Assembly (NCBI GenBank): GCA_025928265.1
Contig: JAICJV010000006.1
Span: forward strand, 7,694-71,693
Length of the DNA: 64,000 nucleotides
Source of the DNA: Thermoleophilaceae bacterium
Lineage (GTDB): Bacteria; Actinomycetota; Thermoleophilia; Solirubrobacterales; Thermoleophilaceae
Direction of reading: 5' to 3'
Both the position numbers and the translations under genes were made by a program. Every line of letters begins with the position of its first letter. Positions within the stretch are counted from its first letter, which is position 1. Below are positions 47,355 through 57,910 of the stretch, piece by piece. Under the pieces are notes generated by a model. The model was not told where the DNA came from. It made no database searches and was given only the letters and a program-made list of their open reading frames with translations.

Positions 47355-48782
47355 CTACCCCGATCCGGAGGCGAGCGCGGCCAGCTGGCCGGACACCTGT
47401 GAGGAGGCCGCCTGCGACTGCTGGATCGCGGTCTCCATGTCGGTGAACTGCTGCTTGAGCATGTCCTGCTTCTGCTGGAGGAGCTCGTCCATCGAGCTGA
47501 TCTGGTCGGCGAGCGAGCGGTACTCGTCGTCGGACGACGTGATCGCCTGGTCGAGCGTGCCCTCGGCGCCCACGACTGGCTGGAGCAGGTTGTCCATCGT
47601 CTGCGCGAACCCGTCGGTGCCGGCCTCGGTGTCGCCCGAGAGAAGCTTGCGGACGCTGTCAGGGTCGGCCTGGAGCGCCGCCATGAACTTGTCCTGGTCG
47701 AAGCTGAGCTTGCCGTCGATCGAGTCCTGGTTAAGCGTCCCGCTGCCGACGGCGTCGCCGGTGCTGATGCCGATCTCCGACATCTCGTCGTAGCTCGTGT
47801 TGCCGGTCGCCCAGCTGCCGTAGACGCCCACGCGCATCTCGCCGACGAGATCGTCGAGCATCGGGTCCTGGTAGAGGTCGCCCTTGAGCTGGTCCGCCGT
47901 GGTCTGCGGGTTCACGACCGGCGCCTCGCCGGTCTTGGCCTTGACCTGGTCGATCGTCGAGTTGTACTGGTCCACGAACGCCTTGACCTTCGCCGCGATG
48001 CCTGCGTAGTCGGGCTGCGGCGCGCCGACCGTGACCGTCACCGGCGCCCCCACCGCCGTCACGCCCTTGAGCGTGAGGGACACACCCGGGATCGCGTCGT
48101 TGATGACGTTCGTGGGCTCGTCGAAGGAGAGCGTGCCGACGGTGCCCTGCGCGTTCGCGCCCACGACCTTGCGCGATGCGTCCTCCGTGAGCACCCCCTG
48201 CGAGTCGGTCACCGTGAAGTCGCTGGTCGAGCCGGTTGTCTTGCTCGAGAAGGCGAGCCACTGGCCGCCGCTGGGGTTGTTCACGACGGACGCGTAAACG
48301 GGCGAGTCGGGATCCGAGTTGATCGTGTTGGCCGCCGAGGTCGCGTCCGAGCCGGCGGCGATCGTGAAGGTGTGGCCGCTGATGGTGAGCGTGTCGTCCG
48401 CCGCGGGCCCCGCCGCGGGGTAGTTGAACCAATGCTGCGACGCGCTCGCGAGCTGCGTGACCGTGACGCTGTAGCCGCCCGTGCCCGCGCCGCCCGTGCG
48501 CGTGGCGGCGACCTTGGTCGGATCGTTCACGTCGACCGTCTGCGTGTCCTGCCAGAGCGTCGGCGACTTCAGGTCCTCGACCGCGAACTGGAGGTTCTGC
48601 AGGGTCGTCTGAAGCGACGACAGGTCGGTCTTCTTCTGCTGGATCTGGGACTGCTGCGTCTTGAGGCGGTTCTCCGGCTGCGCCTCGATCGCCATGAGCT
48701 GCTGGACGATCGAGCTCGTGTCGACGCCAGACGCGAGACCGCTGAAGTTGATGATCGGCGTGAGGTCCGCGGACACGCTCAT
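47355..48782 (-). CDS. fliD: Flagellar filament capping protein (hook-associated protein 2)
   Basis: The N-terminus INFSGLASGVDTSSIVQQLMAIEAQP..L matches the FliD_N pattern. The C-terminus has the FliD_C pattern (IGISTG...DGKLSFDQDKFMAALQADPDSV) and a terminal coiled coil. Confidence 0.85.
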   Translation of the reverse strand: MSVSADLTPIINFSGLASGVDTSSIVQQLMAIEAQPENRLKTQQSQIQQKKTDLSSLQTTLQNLQFAVEDLKSPTLWQDTQTVDVNDPTKVAATRTGGAGTGGYSVTVTQLASASQHWFNYPAAGPAADDTLTISGHTFTIAAGSDATSAANTINSDPDSPVYASVVNNPSGGQWLAFSSKTTGSTSDFTVTDSQGVLTEDASRKVVGANAQGTVGTLSFDEPTNVINDAIPGVSLTLKGVTAVGAPVTVTVGAPQPDYAGIAAKVKAFVDQYNSTIDQVKAKTGEAPVVNPQTTADQLKGDLYQDPMLDDLVGEMRVGVYGSWATGNTSYDEMSEIGISTGDAVGSGTLNQDSIDGKLSFDQDKFMAALQADPDSVRKLLSGDTEAGTDGFAQTMDNLLQPVVGAEGTLDQAITSSDDEYRSLADQISSMDELLQQKQDMLKQQFTDMETAIQQSQAASSQVSGQLAALASGSG

Positions 48783-48783
48783 T

Positions 48784-48810
48784 TCATCGGCGCGCTCGCG
48801 CTCGAATTTC
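48784..48810 (-). promoter_or_regulatory. Candidate sigma-28 (FliA/SigD)-type promoter: GAAA-N15-GCCGATGA
   Basis: The minus strand reads cacGAAAttcgagcgcgagcgcGCCGATGAaATG. The consensus I recall is TAAA-N15-GCCGATAA. The -10 element ends 1 nt before the fliD ATG. Confidence 0.3.
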
Positions 48811-48822
48811 GTGAGAAAACGT

Positions 48823-49989
48823 CTAGGAAGGCTGCTCAGCGCCTGTTTCTGCCGGAGGCATCGGCGTTTGTTCGACCGGCCGGCCGCGCATGTCGAGCCG
48901 GCCGACCGGCAACCCGCACCAGCGCGCGTAGACGCGGTAGGTCAGCGTCCCGTCCGCGTCGAGTTGCGTCTCGTCGCGGCAGCGGAGGATGAACCGCAGC
49001 GGGCCGACCGGAACAAGGCCGCGGTACGGCGCGGTCCTGTAGCCGGCCTCGTCGATGGTGATGTCGAGGCCGTCGGGCAGGTCGTCCGAGCTCACGTGGA
49101 TGCGCGACGGGCTCACGATGTGCGCGAACCGCAGGCGCTCCTCGACGCGGCCATTGCCGAACGTCGCGCGGTCCTGCACCACGCCGACGTCGTCCGACTT
49201 CCACGTGGTCGAGCGCGTGAACGTGAAGCGCGGGCCGAAGCGCCGCGACACGGAGTAGGGCCAGACCTGGACCTGTCCCTCCCCCGCCCACGCGCTACCG
49301 AAGAAATCGCGCGGGCGGAGCGGCACCGGATCGGCGAAGCGCCGCTTGCCGCGCGTCCCGTACAGGACGCCCGCGGCGAGGATCACGAACCACGCCTGCG
49401 CGACCATCAACTGCACGCGGTCGACGATCCCGCCGGGAGCGTCCGTCGAGCCGTACAGCAGCCATGCGACGAGGAAGACCACGACCCCGTCGATCGCCGC
49501 GCCGACGGCGAGCGCGGCGGTCGGGCTCGGCCAGAGCGCTCGGCCGATCGCCACCGCGCTTCCGATGAGCGCGAGCGCGATCAGCGGCCCCATCCACACG
49601 TGCAGGGTCGTGTGCCACGAGAGGTCCCCGGCGCGGAAGCGGGCGCTGCACGCATGGCTGCCGAGGTCGCAGTCGAGACGCGCGAAGGCGGCAACGACGA
49701 AGGCGACCCCGGCCACGGCCAACAGCGCGACTGCGGCGATCGTCGCGGGCCGGCTCGGTAGCACCCTCGCAATCCCGGGCGCAAGAGCGGCAGAGCTCAC
49801 GCCGAGCACGACAAGCCCCGCCATCGCGATCCACGGGTGGGGCATTCCGTGCGCGGCGAGCGCGCTGACCCCCGAGCGCGCGTGTGAGTAGCCGGGCGTA
49901 ACCGCTCCCGCGACGATCCACGAAGCGACGAACGCCACCTGTGCCGCGATGGCGATGTACGCGAGCGAACGGATTCCCCTGTCCTTCAT
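48823..49989 (-). CDS. Membrane protein (DUF998-like N-terminal half) with soluble C-terminal domain
   Basis: It starts MKDRGIRSLAYIAIAAQVAFVASWIVAG. About 6 TM segments are followed by a roughly 170-aa hydrophilic domain. It is divergent from the TetR gene. Confidence 0.6.
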   Translation of the reverse strand: MKDRGIRSLAYIAIAAQVAFVASWIVAGAVTPGYSHARSGVSALAAHGMPHPWIAMAGLVVLGVSSAALAPGIARVLPSRPATIAAVALLAVAGVAFVVAAFARLDCDLGSHACSARFRAGDLSWHTTLHVWMGPLIALALIGSAVAIGRALWPSPTAALAVGAAIDGVVVFLVAWLLYGSTDAPGGIVDRVQLMVAQAWFVILAAGVLYGTRGKRRFADPVPLRPRDFFGSAWAGEGQVQVWPYSVSRRFGPRFTFTRSTTWKSDDVGVVQDRATFGNGRVEERLRFAHIVSPSRIHVSSDDLPDGLDITIDEAGYRTAPYRGLVPVGPLRFILRCRDETQLDADGTLTYRVYARWCGLPVGRLDMRGRPVEQTPMPPAETGAEQPS

Positions 49990-50006
49990 GCTCTCGTCTC
50001 CCGTTT

Positions 50007-50033
50007 GTGTACGCCGTACAATACACTGTACAC
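50007..50033. promoter_or_regulatory. Candidate TetR operator: nested palindromes GTGTACgccGTACAatacacTGTACAC
   Basis: The elements are TGTAC-gcc-GTACA, TGTACA, and the outer pair GTGTAC...GTACAC. They lie in the 47-bp divergent gap between the membrane protein and TetR genes. Confidence 0.4.
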
Positions 50034-50036
50034 GCG

Positions 50037-50543
50037 ATGGCGCAAGTCGAACCCGCACAATCCGCCGGACGGCTCTCGCGCGAGCGGATCCTCGCCGCGG
50101 CACTCGAGCTCACAGGGCGCGACGGCCCCGGCGCCCTGTCGATGCGGCGCATCGCACAGGAGCTCGACGTCTGGCCTATGAGCCTCTACCGCTACTTCCG
50201 CGACAAGGACGAGCTGCTCGATGCGCTTGCCGACAGCGCGGCGGAAGAGATTGGCGCCGGCACCGGCGGGGGTCCTTGGCGCGACGAGCTCGCGGACCTG
50301 CTGCGCGGCGCTCGGGATGCGTTCGCGCGCCACCCGGGCGGCGCCCGCCTGCACCGCGACCGGCGCTTGCGCGAGACTGGGCTCGCCCTGCTCGGCGAGG
50401 GCGGGATCGGGCGCCCCGAGGCACTGGACGCGTGGGATGCGCTGATGGCCTTCGCAAGCGGCTCGGCGACCGCTCAGATCCCGTCGAGCCGCTTTGAGTA
50501 TGGGCTTGAGTGCCTACTTGACGGCATTGCCGCCCGTTCCTAG
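50037..50543 (+). CDS. TetR/AcrR-family transcriptional regulator
   Basis: It has an N-terminal HTH (RERILAAALELTGRDGPGALSMRRIAQELDVWPMSLYRYFRDKDELL). Confidence 0.85.
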   Translation: MAQVEPAQSAGRLSRERILAAALELTGRDGPGALSMRRIAQELDVWPMSLYRYFRDKDELLDALADSAAEEIGAGTGGGPWRDELADLLRGARDAFARHPGGARLHRDRRLRETGLALLGEGGIGRPEALDAWDALMAFASGSATAQIPSSRFEYGLECLLDGIAARS

Positions 50544-50545
50544 AC

Positions 50546-50561
50546 GGTTGCACACGCAACC
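50546..50561 (+). terminator. Short hairpin GGTTGC-acac-GCAACC just after the TetR stop
   Basis: It is a 6-bp perfect stem with a 4-nt loop, followed by a T-containing AT-richer stretch (tctatcc). It could be a terminator or an operator for the downstream Clp gene. Confidence 0.35.
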
Positions 50562-50615
50562 TCTATCCTGAGTCGTCCTGACTTAGATATTCGTCTACGA
50601 AGGACTGAAACCAGC

Positions 50616-52808
<2,193 letters not shown>

Positions 52809-52862
52809 GGTCGTGTTCTCACGGAATCGGCGCCGTGTGGGTTCGCCCACGCGGCGCCGTTC

Positions 52863-53270
52863 ATGAGAGGATGCCGCGCCATGGATGCCGCGCGACTGAA
52901 GTCACTACCACCGTTCGACGCTCTCCCCGACGACTCGCTCGAGAAGTTCTCGGTGTGGGTCGGGGAGCTGAAGGTCGACGCCGGTCGCCACCTCGCGGAC
53001 CAGGGCGACTACGCGTACGAGCTGTTCGTGATCGAGGACGGCAAGGCCGAGGTCCGCAGGAACGGGGACGAGATCGCCGAGGTCGGACCTGGGGATTTCT
53101 TCGGTGAGATGGGTGTGCTCGAGGGGACCCAGCGCAACGCGACGGTGGTCGCCAAGACGCCGATGACTCTTTTCACGCTCTCGCACTGGGACGTGCGGCG
53201 CCTCAAGCGCGAGGCGCCTGAGGCGATCGAGGAGCTGCGGCGGGTGATCGAGGAGCGGCGCTCTTCGTAG
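52863..53270 (+). CDS. Stand-alone cyclic-nucleotide-binding (CNB) domain protein
   Basis: It contains GDFFGEMGVLEG..RNATVVA, the phosphate-binding cassette of cNMP-binding domains. No HTH or other output domain is present. The start could be the Met at 52881. Confidence 0.8.
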   Translation: MRGCRAMDAARLKSLPPFDALPDDSLEKFSVWVGELKVDAGRHLADQGDYAYELFVIEDGKAEVRRNGDEIAEVGPGDFFGEMGVLEGTQRNATVVAKTPMTLFTLSHWDVRRLKREAPEAIEELRRVIEERRSS

Positions 53271-53344
53271 GTGGCTGCGGCGCTCGTCCGGGCGCGGCCC
53301 GGGCCTGCGGAGCTGCTCGATTGGCAATTACGGACCGGCCCGGC

Positions 53345-53444
53345 GTTCGTTGTCGGATTACACCCCCTATAGCGGGGCCGATCCGACAGCGAATGTTCGT
53401 TGTCCATCTGCATCCCCTAAGGGGCCACCGATGGACAGCTGACG
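53345..53444 (+). repeat. Two abutting 50-bp structured units (nested hairpins) with compensatory stem changes
   Basis: Unit 1 (53345-53394) is GTTCGTTGTCGGATTACACCCCCTATAGCGGGGCCGATCCGACAGCGAAT. Unit 2 (53395-53444) is GTTCGTTGTCCATCTGCATCCCCTAAGGGGCCACCGATGGACAGCTGACG. Confidence 0.7.
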
Positions 53445-53513
53445 CCGAGCCCGACCGCCCTACTTGCCCAAACCCCGCAACGCCAGGCGCCGCCAATAGC
53501 GTGGCGAGCGGAT

Positions 53514-55034
53514 CTAAGCCGTCGCGAAGCGGCCGAGTGTGCGCTCCGGGCGCACGTCCTCGCCGAGGTGCTCGCGGAAGATGCGGAAGTAGGCCAGCTC
53601 CTCGCGCGTGCGCAGCGACGGGTCCACAGCGTGCTTCTCGGCCTCGAGCTCGTCGTGCGAGATCGACTCCGTGAACGGGTGGGTGAGCACGGACGCAGCG
53701 CCCGACCCGTCGCCGAACTGCGACTTGTCGCGCCACAGGAGCTCGTCGGGAAGCCAGCCGTCGAACGCCTCGCGCAGCAGCTCCTTCTCCGGCCGCCCGT
53801 CGCACGAGAGCTTCCACTCGGCCGGAAGGCGCAGCGCGTGGTCGATCACCTCGCGATCGAGGAACGGGACGCGCGCCTCGAGCCCGTGCGCCATCGTCAC
53901 GCGGTCGCAGCGCTGGAGGTTGAGGTTGTGCAGACCCTCGACCGAGCGCACCAGCTCCTCGTGCAGCTCGCCGGCGTCGCTGTAGTCGCGCATGTACTCG
54001 TAGCCCGCGAACAGCTCGTCGGCGCCCTCGCCGGTCAGCACCACCTTGACGTGCTCGGCGGTGAACTTGGCAAGCATGTTGTTCGGGACGGCGCTGCGGA
54101 CGAGCGACGGGTCGAACGCCTCGATCGACGCGACGACGCGGGGCAGCGTCGAGGTCGCCTCCTCGGCGGTGTAGATGCGCTCGTGGTGCTCGGTGCCGAG
54201 GAAATCCGCGACGACGCGCGCGGCGAGCAGGTCGGGCGATTCCGCGAGCCCGACGGCGAACGTCTTGAGCGTCTGGCCGCGCTCGCGCAGGTAGCGCTGC
54301 GCGATCGCGGCGACGAGCGACGAGTCGAGTCCCCCGGACAGGAACACGCCGACGGGCACGTCGCCCATCATCTGCCGCTCGACGGCGTCGATCAGGATCT
54401 CGCGCGTGGCGACGAGCGCGTCGTCGCGCGACATCGCGTCCGGCGACGGGTTGCTGCGCGCGTCGGCGGGCACGGCGGTCGTGAACTGAACGACGCCGGT
54501 CTCCGGCGTCCAGTAGCAGCCGGCCGGGAAGACCTCGATGTGGCCGCGCATGTCGGACTCGAACGCGTTCATCTCGGACGCGAACACGACCTCGCCATCG
54601 CGGCGCGCCCAGTAGAGCGGCTTGATGCCTACGGGATCCCGCGCGGCCAGGAAACGACCGTCCTCGCCGGCGATGACGAAGGCGAACATGCCGTTCAGCT
54701 GCGCGAGCGCATCCGGCCCGTCGCGCTCGACCAGATGCAGCGCAACCTCGTTGTCGGACGACGTCTTGAAGTGATCCTCGGGCAGCCGCGCCCTGATCGC
54801 TGCGTGGTTGTAGACCTCGCCGTTGCCGACGAGGTAGACGTCGCCGCTCGCACCCACCAGTGGCTGGTGACCGCCCTCCACGTCGACGATCGACAACCGG
54901 CGGTGGCCGAGCCACGCGTCGCCGACCGCTACCTGGCCCTCGTCGTCCGGCCCGCGGTGCACGAGGCGTTCGAGCATGTGCGCACCTGCAGTGGCGGGAT
55001 CCGTCCCACCGTAGATCGCAGCGATTCCGCACAT
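53514..55034 (-). CDS. asnB: Asparagine synthase (glutamine-hydrolysing)
   Basis: It has the N-terminal MCGI nucleophile, the HRGPD block and the SGGLDSS PP-loop. The start is taken at ATG 55034 within the longer ORF. Confidence 0.92.
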   Translation of the reverse strand: MCGIAAIYGGTDPATAGAHMLERLVHRGPDDEGQVAVGDAWLGHRRLSIVDVEGGHQPLVGASGDVYLVGNGEVYNHAAIRARLPEDHFKTSSDNEVALHLVERDGPDALAQLNGMFAFVIAGEDGRFLAARDPVGIKPLYWARRDGEVVFASEMNAFESDMRGHIEVFPAGCYWTPETGVVQFTTAVPADARSNPSPDAMSRDDALVATREILIDAVERQMMGDVPVGVFLSGGLDSSLVAAIAQRYLRERGQTLKTFAVGLAESPDLLAARVVADFLGTEHHERIYTAEEATSTLPRVVASIEAFDPSLVRSAVPNNMLAKFTAEHVKVVLTGEGADELFAGYEYMRDYSDAGELHEELVRSVEGLHNLNLQRCDRVTMAHGLEARVPFLDREVIDHALRLPAEWKLSCDGRPEKELLREAFDGWLPDELLWRDKSQFGDGSGAASVLTHPFTESISHDELEAEKHAVDPSLRTREELAYFRIFREHLGEDVRPERTLGRFATA

Positions 55035-55110
55035 TACTTCTAATAAGTCTACCCGGGCATAAACACCGGCGTTTCCAGTGGGTTCCCCGCGCCCTGCGTA
55101 CGATCCCGGG

Positions 55111-56229
55111 ATGGCTAAACGGGACAAGCCGCCGTACAGGGCGGACCACGTAGGGAGCCTTCTGCGGCCGAAGCGCCTGCTCGACGCGCGCGAGCAGCAC
55201 GCCGCCGGGAAGATCGACGACGCCGAGCTCCGCGGCATCGAGGACGACGCGATCCGCGACGTCGTGAAGATGCAGGAGGACGTCGGCCTCCGCACCGCGA
55301 CCGACGGCGAGTTCCGCCGCGCGTCGTGGCACATGGACTTCATCTACCAGCTCGGCGGGATCAGCAAGGCGCAGGACAACCTCAAGGTCGAGTTCCGCAA
55401 CCCCGAGGGCACGATCGAGTTCACCCCCGCCTCGCTGCACGTCGACGACCACGTTCGGCTCGAGAAGCCGATCTTCGCCGAGGACTTCAAGTTCCTGCAG
55501 TCGGTCGTGACGAAGAACACGCCGAAGCTCACGATCCCGTCGCCGAGCATGGTCCACTACCGCGGCGGCGCGGCGGTGATCGACCCGAACGTCTACTCCG
55601 ACACCGCAGAGTTCTGGAGCGATCTGACGAGCGCGTATGCCGACCAGGTGAAGGCGATGGGCGAGCTGGGCTGCACGTACCTCCAGTTCGACGACACGAG
55701 CCTCGCCTACCTGAACGACCCCAAGCAGCGCGAGATGATGGCCCAGCGCGGGGAGGACGCCGAGCACCTGCACGAGCAGTACATCCGCCACATCAACGAG
55801 GCGCTCGAGCGGCGGCCCGAGGGGATGTGCGTGACGACCCACATGTGCCGCGGCAACTTCCGCTCCTCGTGGGTCGCCGAGGGCGGCTACGACTTCGTCG
55901 CCGAGGCGCTGTTCGGCGAGCTGAACGTGGACGGCTTCTTCATGGAGTACGACGACGCGCGCTCCGGCGGGTTCGAGCCGCTGCGGTTCGTCCCCGACGA
56001 CAAGGTCGTGGTCCTCGGCCTCGTGACGACGAAGCGCGGCGAGCTGGAATCGCCGGACGAGCTGAAGCAGCGGCTGTACGAGGCGTCCAAGCACGTCGAC
56101 ATCAACCAGATCTGCCTGTCGCCGCAGTGCGGTTTCTCCTCGACGGTCGAGGGCAACGTGCTCACCTACGACGAGGAGGTGGCGAAGCTGCGGATGATCG
56201 TCGAGGTGGCCGAAGAGGTCTGGGGCTGA
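55111..56229 (+). CDS. Cobalamin-independent methionine synthase (MetE) C-terminal-domain-like protein
   Basis: About 370 aa. It contains HVGSLLRP, a TTHMCRGN-type zinc-ligand region and the C-terminal LSPQCGFSS block. The start is Met 55111 or 55078. Confidence 0.8.
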   Translation: MAKRDKPPYRADHVGSLLRPKRLLDAREQHAAGKIDDAELRGIEDDAIRDVVKMQEDVGLRTATDGEFRRASWHMDFIYQLGGISKAQDNLKVEFRNPEGTIEFTPASLHVDDHVRLEKPIFAEDFKFLQSVVTKNTPKLTIPSPSMVHYRGGAAVIDPNVYSDTAEFWSDLTSAYADQVKAMGELGCTYLQFDDTSLAYLNDPKQREMMAQRGEDAEHLHEQYIRHINEALERRPEGMCVTTHMCRGNFRSSWVAEGGYDFVAEALFGELNVDGFFMEYDDARSGGFEPLRFVPDDKVVVLGLVTTKRGELESPDELKQRLYEASKHVDINQICLSPQCGFSSTVEGNVLTYDEEVAKLRMIVEVAEEVWG

Positions 56230-56230
56230 G

Positions 56231-57910
56231 TCAGCCGCGCCGCTGACACCACCCCGCCGGTGGTGTGAACGCGGCGCCCACCGGGCTCGAGCCGATCAGG
56301 ACGGCGTCGCCCGGTGTCCTGAGCGTGGCCGCCGGCGAACGCTGCCGCCCGTCCGGATCCGTGAGGATCGCCGTGACGCGCGTCGCTCCGGCGCCGTCGA
56401 AGTAGCAGAGGCCGAAGGTGAAGGTCCGCCCTGACTGCCCGCTTTCCTCGAATCTCTCCGGGCCGAATCCGTCCGTGTCATCAGGCGACAGCAGTACGCC
56501 CGGGATGCCGGACTCGCGGTACCAGGTGTGGTGGCCGGAGGAGTCCCACACGTGCAGGTCGATGTCCGCCGTCGTGTCCCAGTTGATCCGGGCGCGCTCG
56601 TGAGACTGCGGCGGCACTGCCGGTGACGACGGCAAGGGCGACGCCTGCGCCAGCGGAAACGTGCGGCTGAACACCGGCCGCTGCGCGAGGTCGAGGCCCG
56701 GGACGCGGAGCCCCGCGCTCAGCTCGACCGGGGCGGCCAACGTCCACCACGGATCGCCGGAGCTCGTGGCGTCGAGTTGGAGGCCCGTCGTGAGGTCGAA
56801 GCGCGGGCCGACCTGTCCGTAGAGGAGGAACTCGACCGACGGCGTGAGCCGCGCGGCGACCGACGCGTCGGCTCGCGTGCTCGGGCCGGTGGCCGTCAGC
56901 CGCTGGTCGAACGAGCCGGTCGCGTGCGCGGTGCCGTCGTAGGTGAGACCCGCGGACGCCGTGATCGGCCCGCTGATGCGCGTCTCGAGCGTCGCCGCCG
57001 AACGCGCGTCGGCCGAGACGTAGAGCGTGGTTCGCGGCACGATGACGACGGGGATCGGCCCGGCGAACGCGGTGAGCGGCGGTGCGAGCCACGTGGCGAC
57101 CGGCGTCTCCGCCAGGTTGCACACGACCTTGGCGCCGACTCGCACGCCGAGGTCGGCGTCGCCTCGAAGGGTGATCGCCGCGCGCGCGGACCGGACAGTG
57201 CCGCCCGACCACGACAGCTGGAAGTCCGGGGCGAGCGCGGCCGCGAGGGAGCCGGTCAGCGAGCCCGCCGCGCCCGCTCCGCAGGGCAGCGGCGACCCGA
57301 ACGGGTGCGGGCTGAGCGCGGCCGCGCGCGCAGCGCCGGCGGACCGGACTTCGATCTCGCCCGCGGGCAGCGCCTCGACCAGGCTTGCAGGCTCGATCTT
57401 CACCGTGGTCGAACCACGCGCGCGGCGTGCGGAGACGACGCGCCCGAGCAGGCCGAACGGCGTCGCCCGTCCGGCGCCTGCCGCGATGAAGTCGCCCTTT
57501 CGGACCCGCCTCCTGCCGGAGATGCGGAGCTGCCCGGCGGCGCCGGGTTCCGGTGCCGACCTGATCGCGCCCGGCGCGACCACCTCGAGCGGCACTACCG
57601 TCATCCGTCCCTCGGGGCTGAAGGCGTGACCGGCCGCCACGCGCAGCGCGACGACGCCGGGACGCACCGGCGCGCGCCACGAGAGCGTGAACCTGCGCGC
57701 CGCGCGGCGTGCCCGGCCGACGCGCCTCCAGCCGGCAGTGGTGCGGCGCTGGAGCACCACGCGCGCACGATGCGACACGCTGCCGCGCACGCGCACGACG
57801 TCTCCGGTCGCGGCGACCGCCGGAATGTCCGCGTGCACGCGAACCCGCGCGCCGGCAGCAGCCGCCGGCAGCAGGACAAACGCGGCGAGCATGACGAGCG
57901 CCCGCCTCAT
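56231..57910 (-). CDS. Exported protein, unknown function, with DUF2135/YfaP-like C-terminal module
   Basis: It has the signal peptide MRRALVMLAAFVLLPAAAAGA. The C-terminus is INWDTTADIDLHVWDSSGHHTWYRESG...DDTDGFGPERFEE. The ATG at 57910 overlaps the upstream stop (ATGA). Confidence 0.65.
   Translation of the reverse strand: MRRALVMLAAFVLLPAAAAGARVRVHADIPAVAATGDVVRVRGSVSHRARVVLQRRTTAGWRRVGRARRAARRFTLSWRAPVRPGVVALRVAAGHAFSPEGRMTVVPLEVVAPGAIRSAPEPGAAGQLRISGRRRVRKGDFIAAGAGRATPFGLLGRVVSARRARGSTTVKIEPASLVEALPAGEIEVRSAGAARAAALSPHPFGSPLPCGAGAAGSLTGSLAAALAPDFQLSWSGGTVRSARAAITLRGDADLGVRVGAKVVCNLAETPVATWLAPPLTAFAGPIPVVIVPRTTLYVSADARSAATLETRISGPITASAGLTYDGTAHATGSFDQRLTATGPSTRADASVAARLTPSVEFLLYGQVGPRFDLTTGLQLDATSSGDPWWTLAAPVELSAGLRVPGLDLAQRPVFSRTFPLAQASPLPSSPAVPPQSHERARINWDTTADIDLHVWDSSGHHTWYRESGIPGVLLSPDDTDGFGPERFEESGQSGRTFTFGLCYFDGAGATRVTAILTDPDGRQRSPAATLRTPGDAVLIGSSPVGAAFTPPAGWCQRRG

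Noticed and set aside
50567-50587. A HAIR-like (HspR) operator, CCTGAGT-n7-ACTTAGA, upstream of the Clp ATPase gene.
   Set aside because: The left half matches CTTGAGT at 6/7 positions, but the right half matches ACTCAAG at only 4/7 and the two halves are poorly complementary. This is too weak to call without a comparative motif or an HspR gene in view.
55035-55110. A possible SAM or cobalamin riboswitch upstream of the MetE-like gene.
   Set aside because: The divergent gap is only 76 bp, too short for either riboswitch class. I could not find the conserved B12-box or SAM-I helices. Only a CCCGGG...CCCGGG repeat is present.
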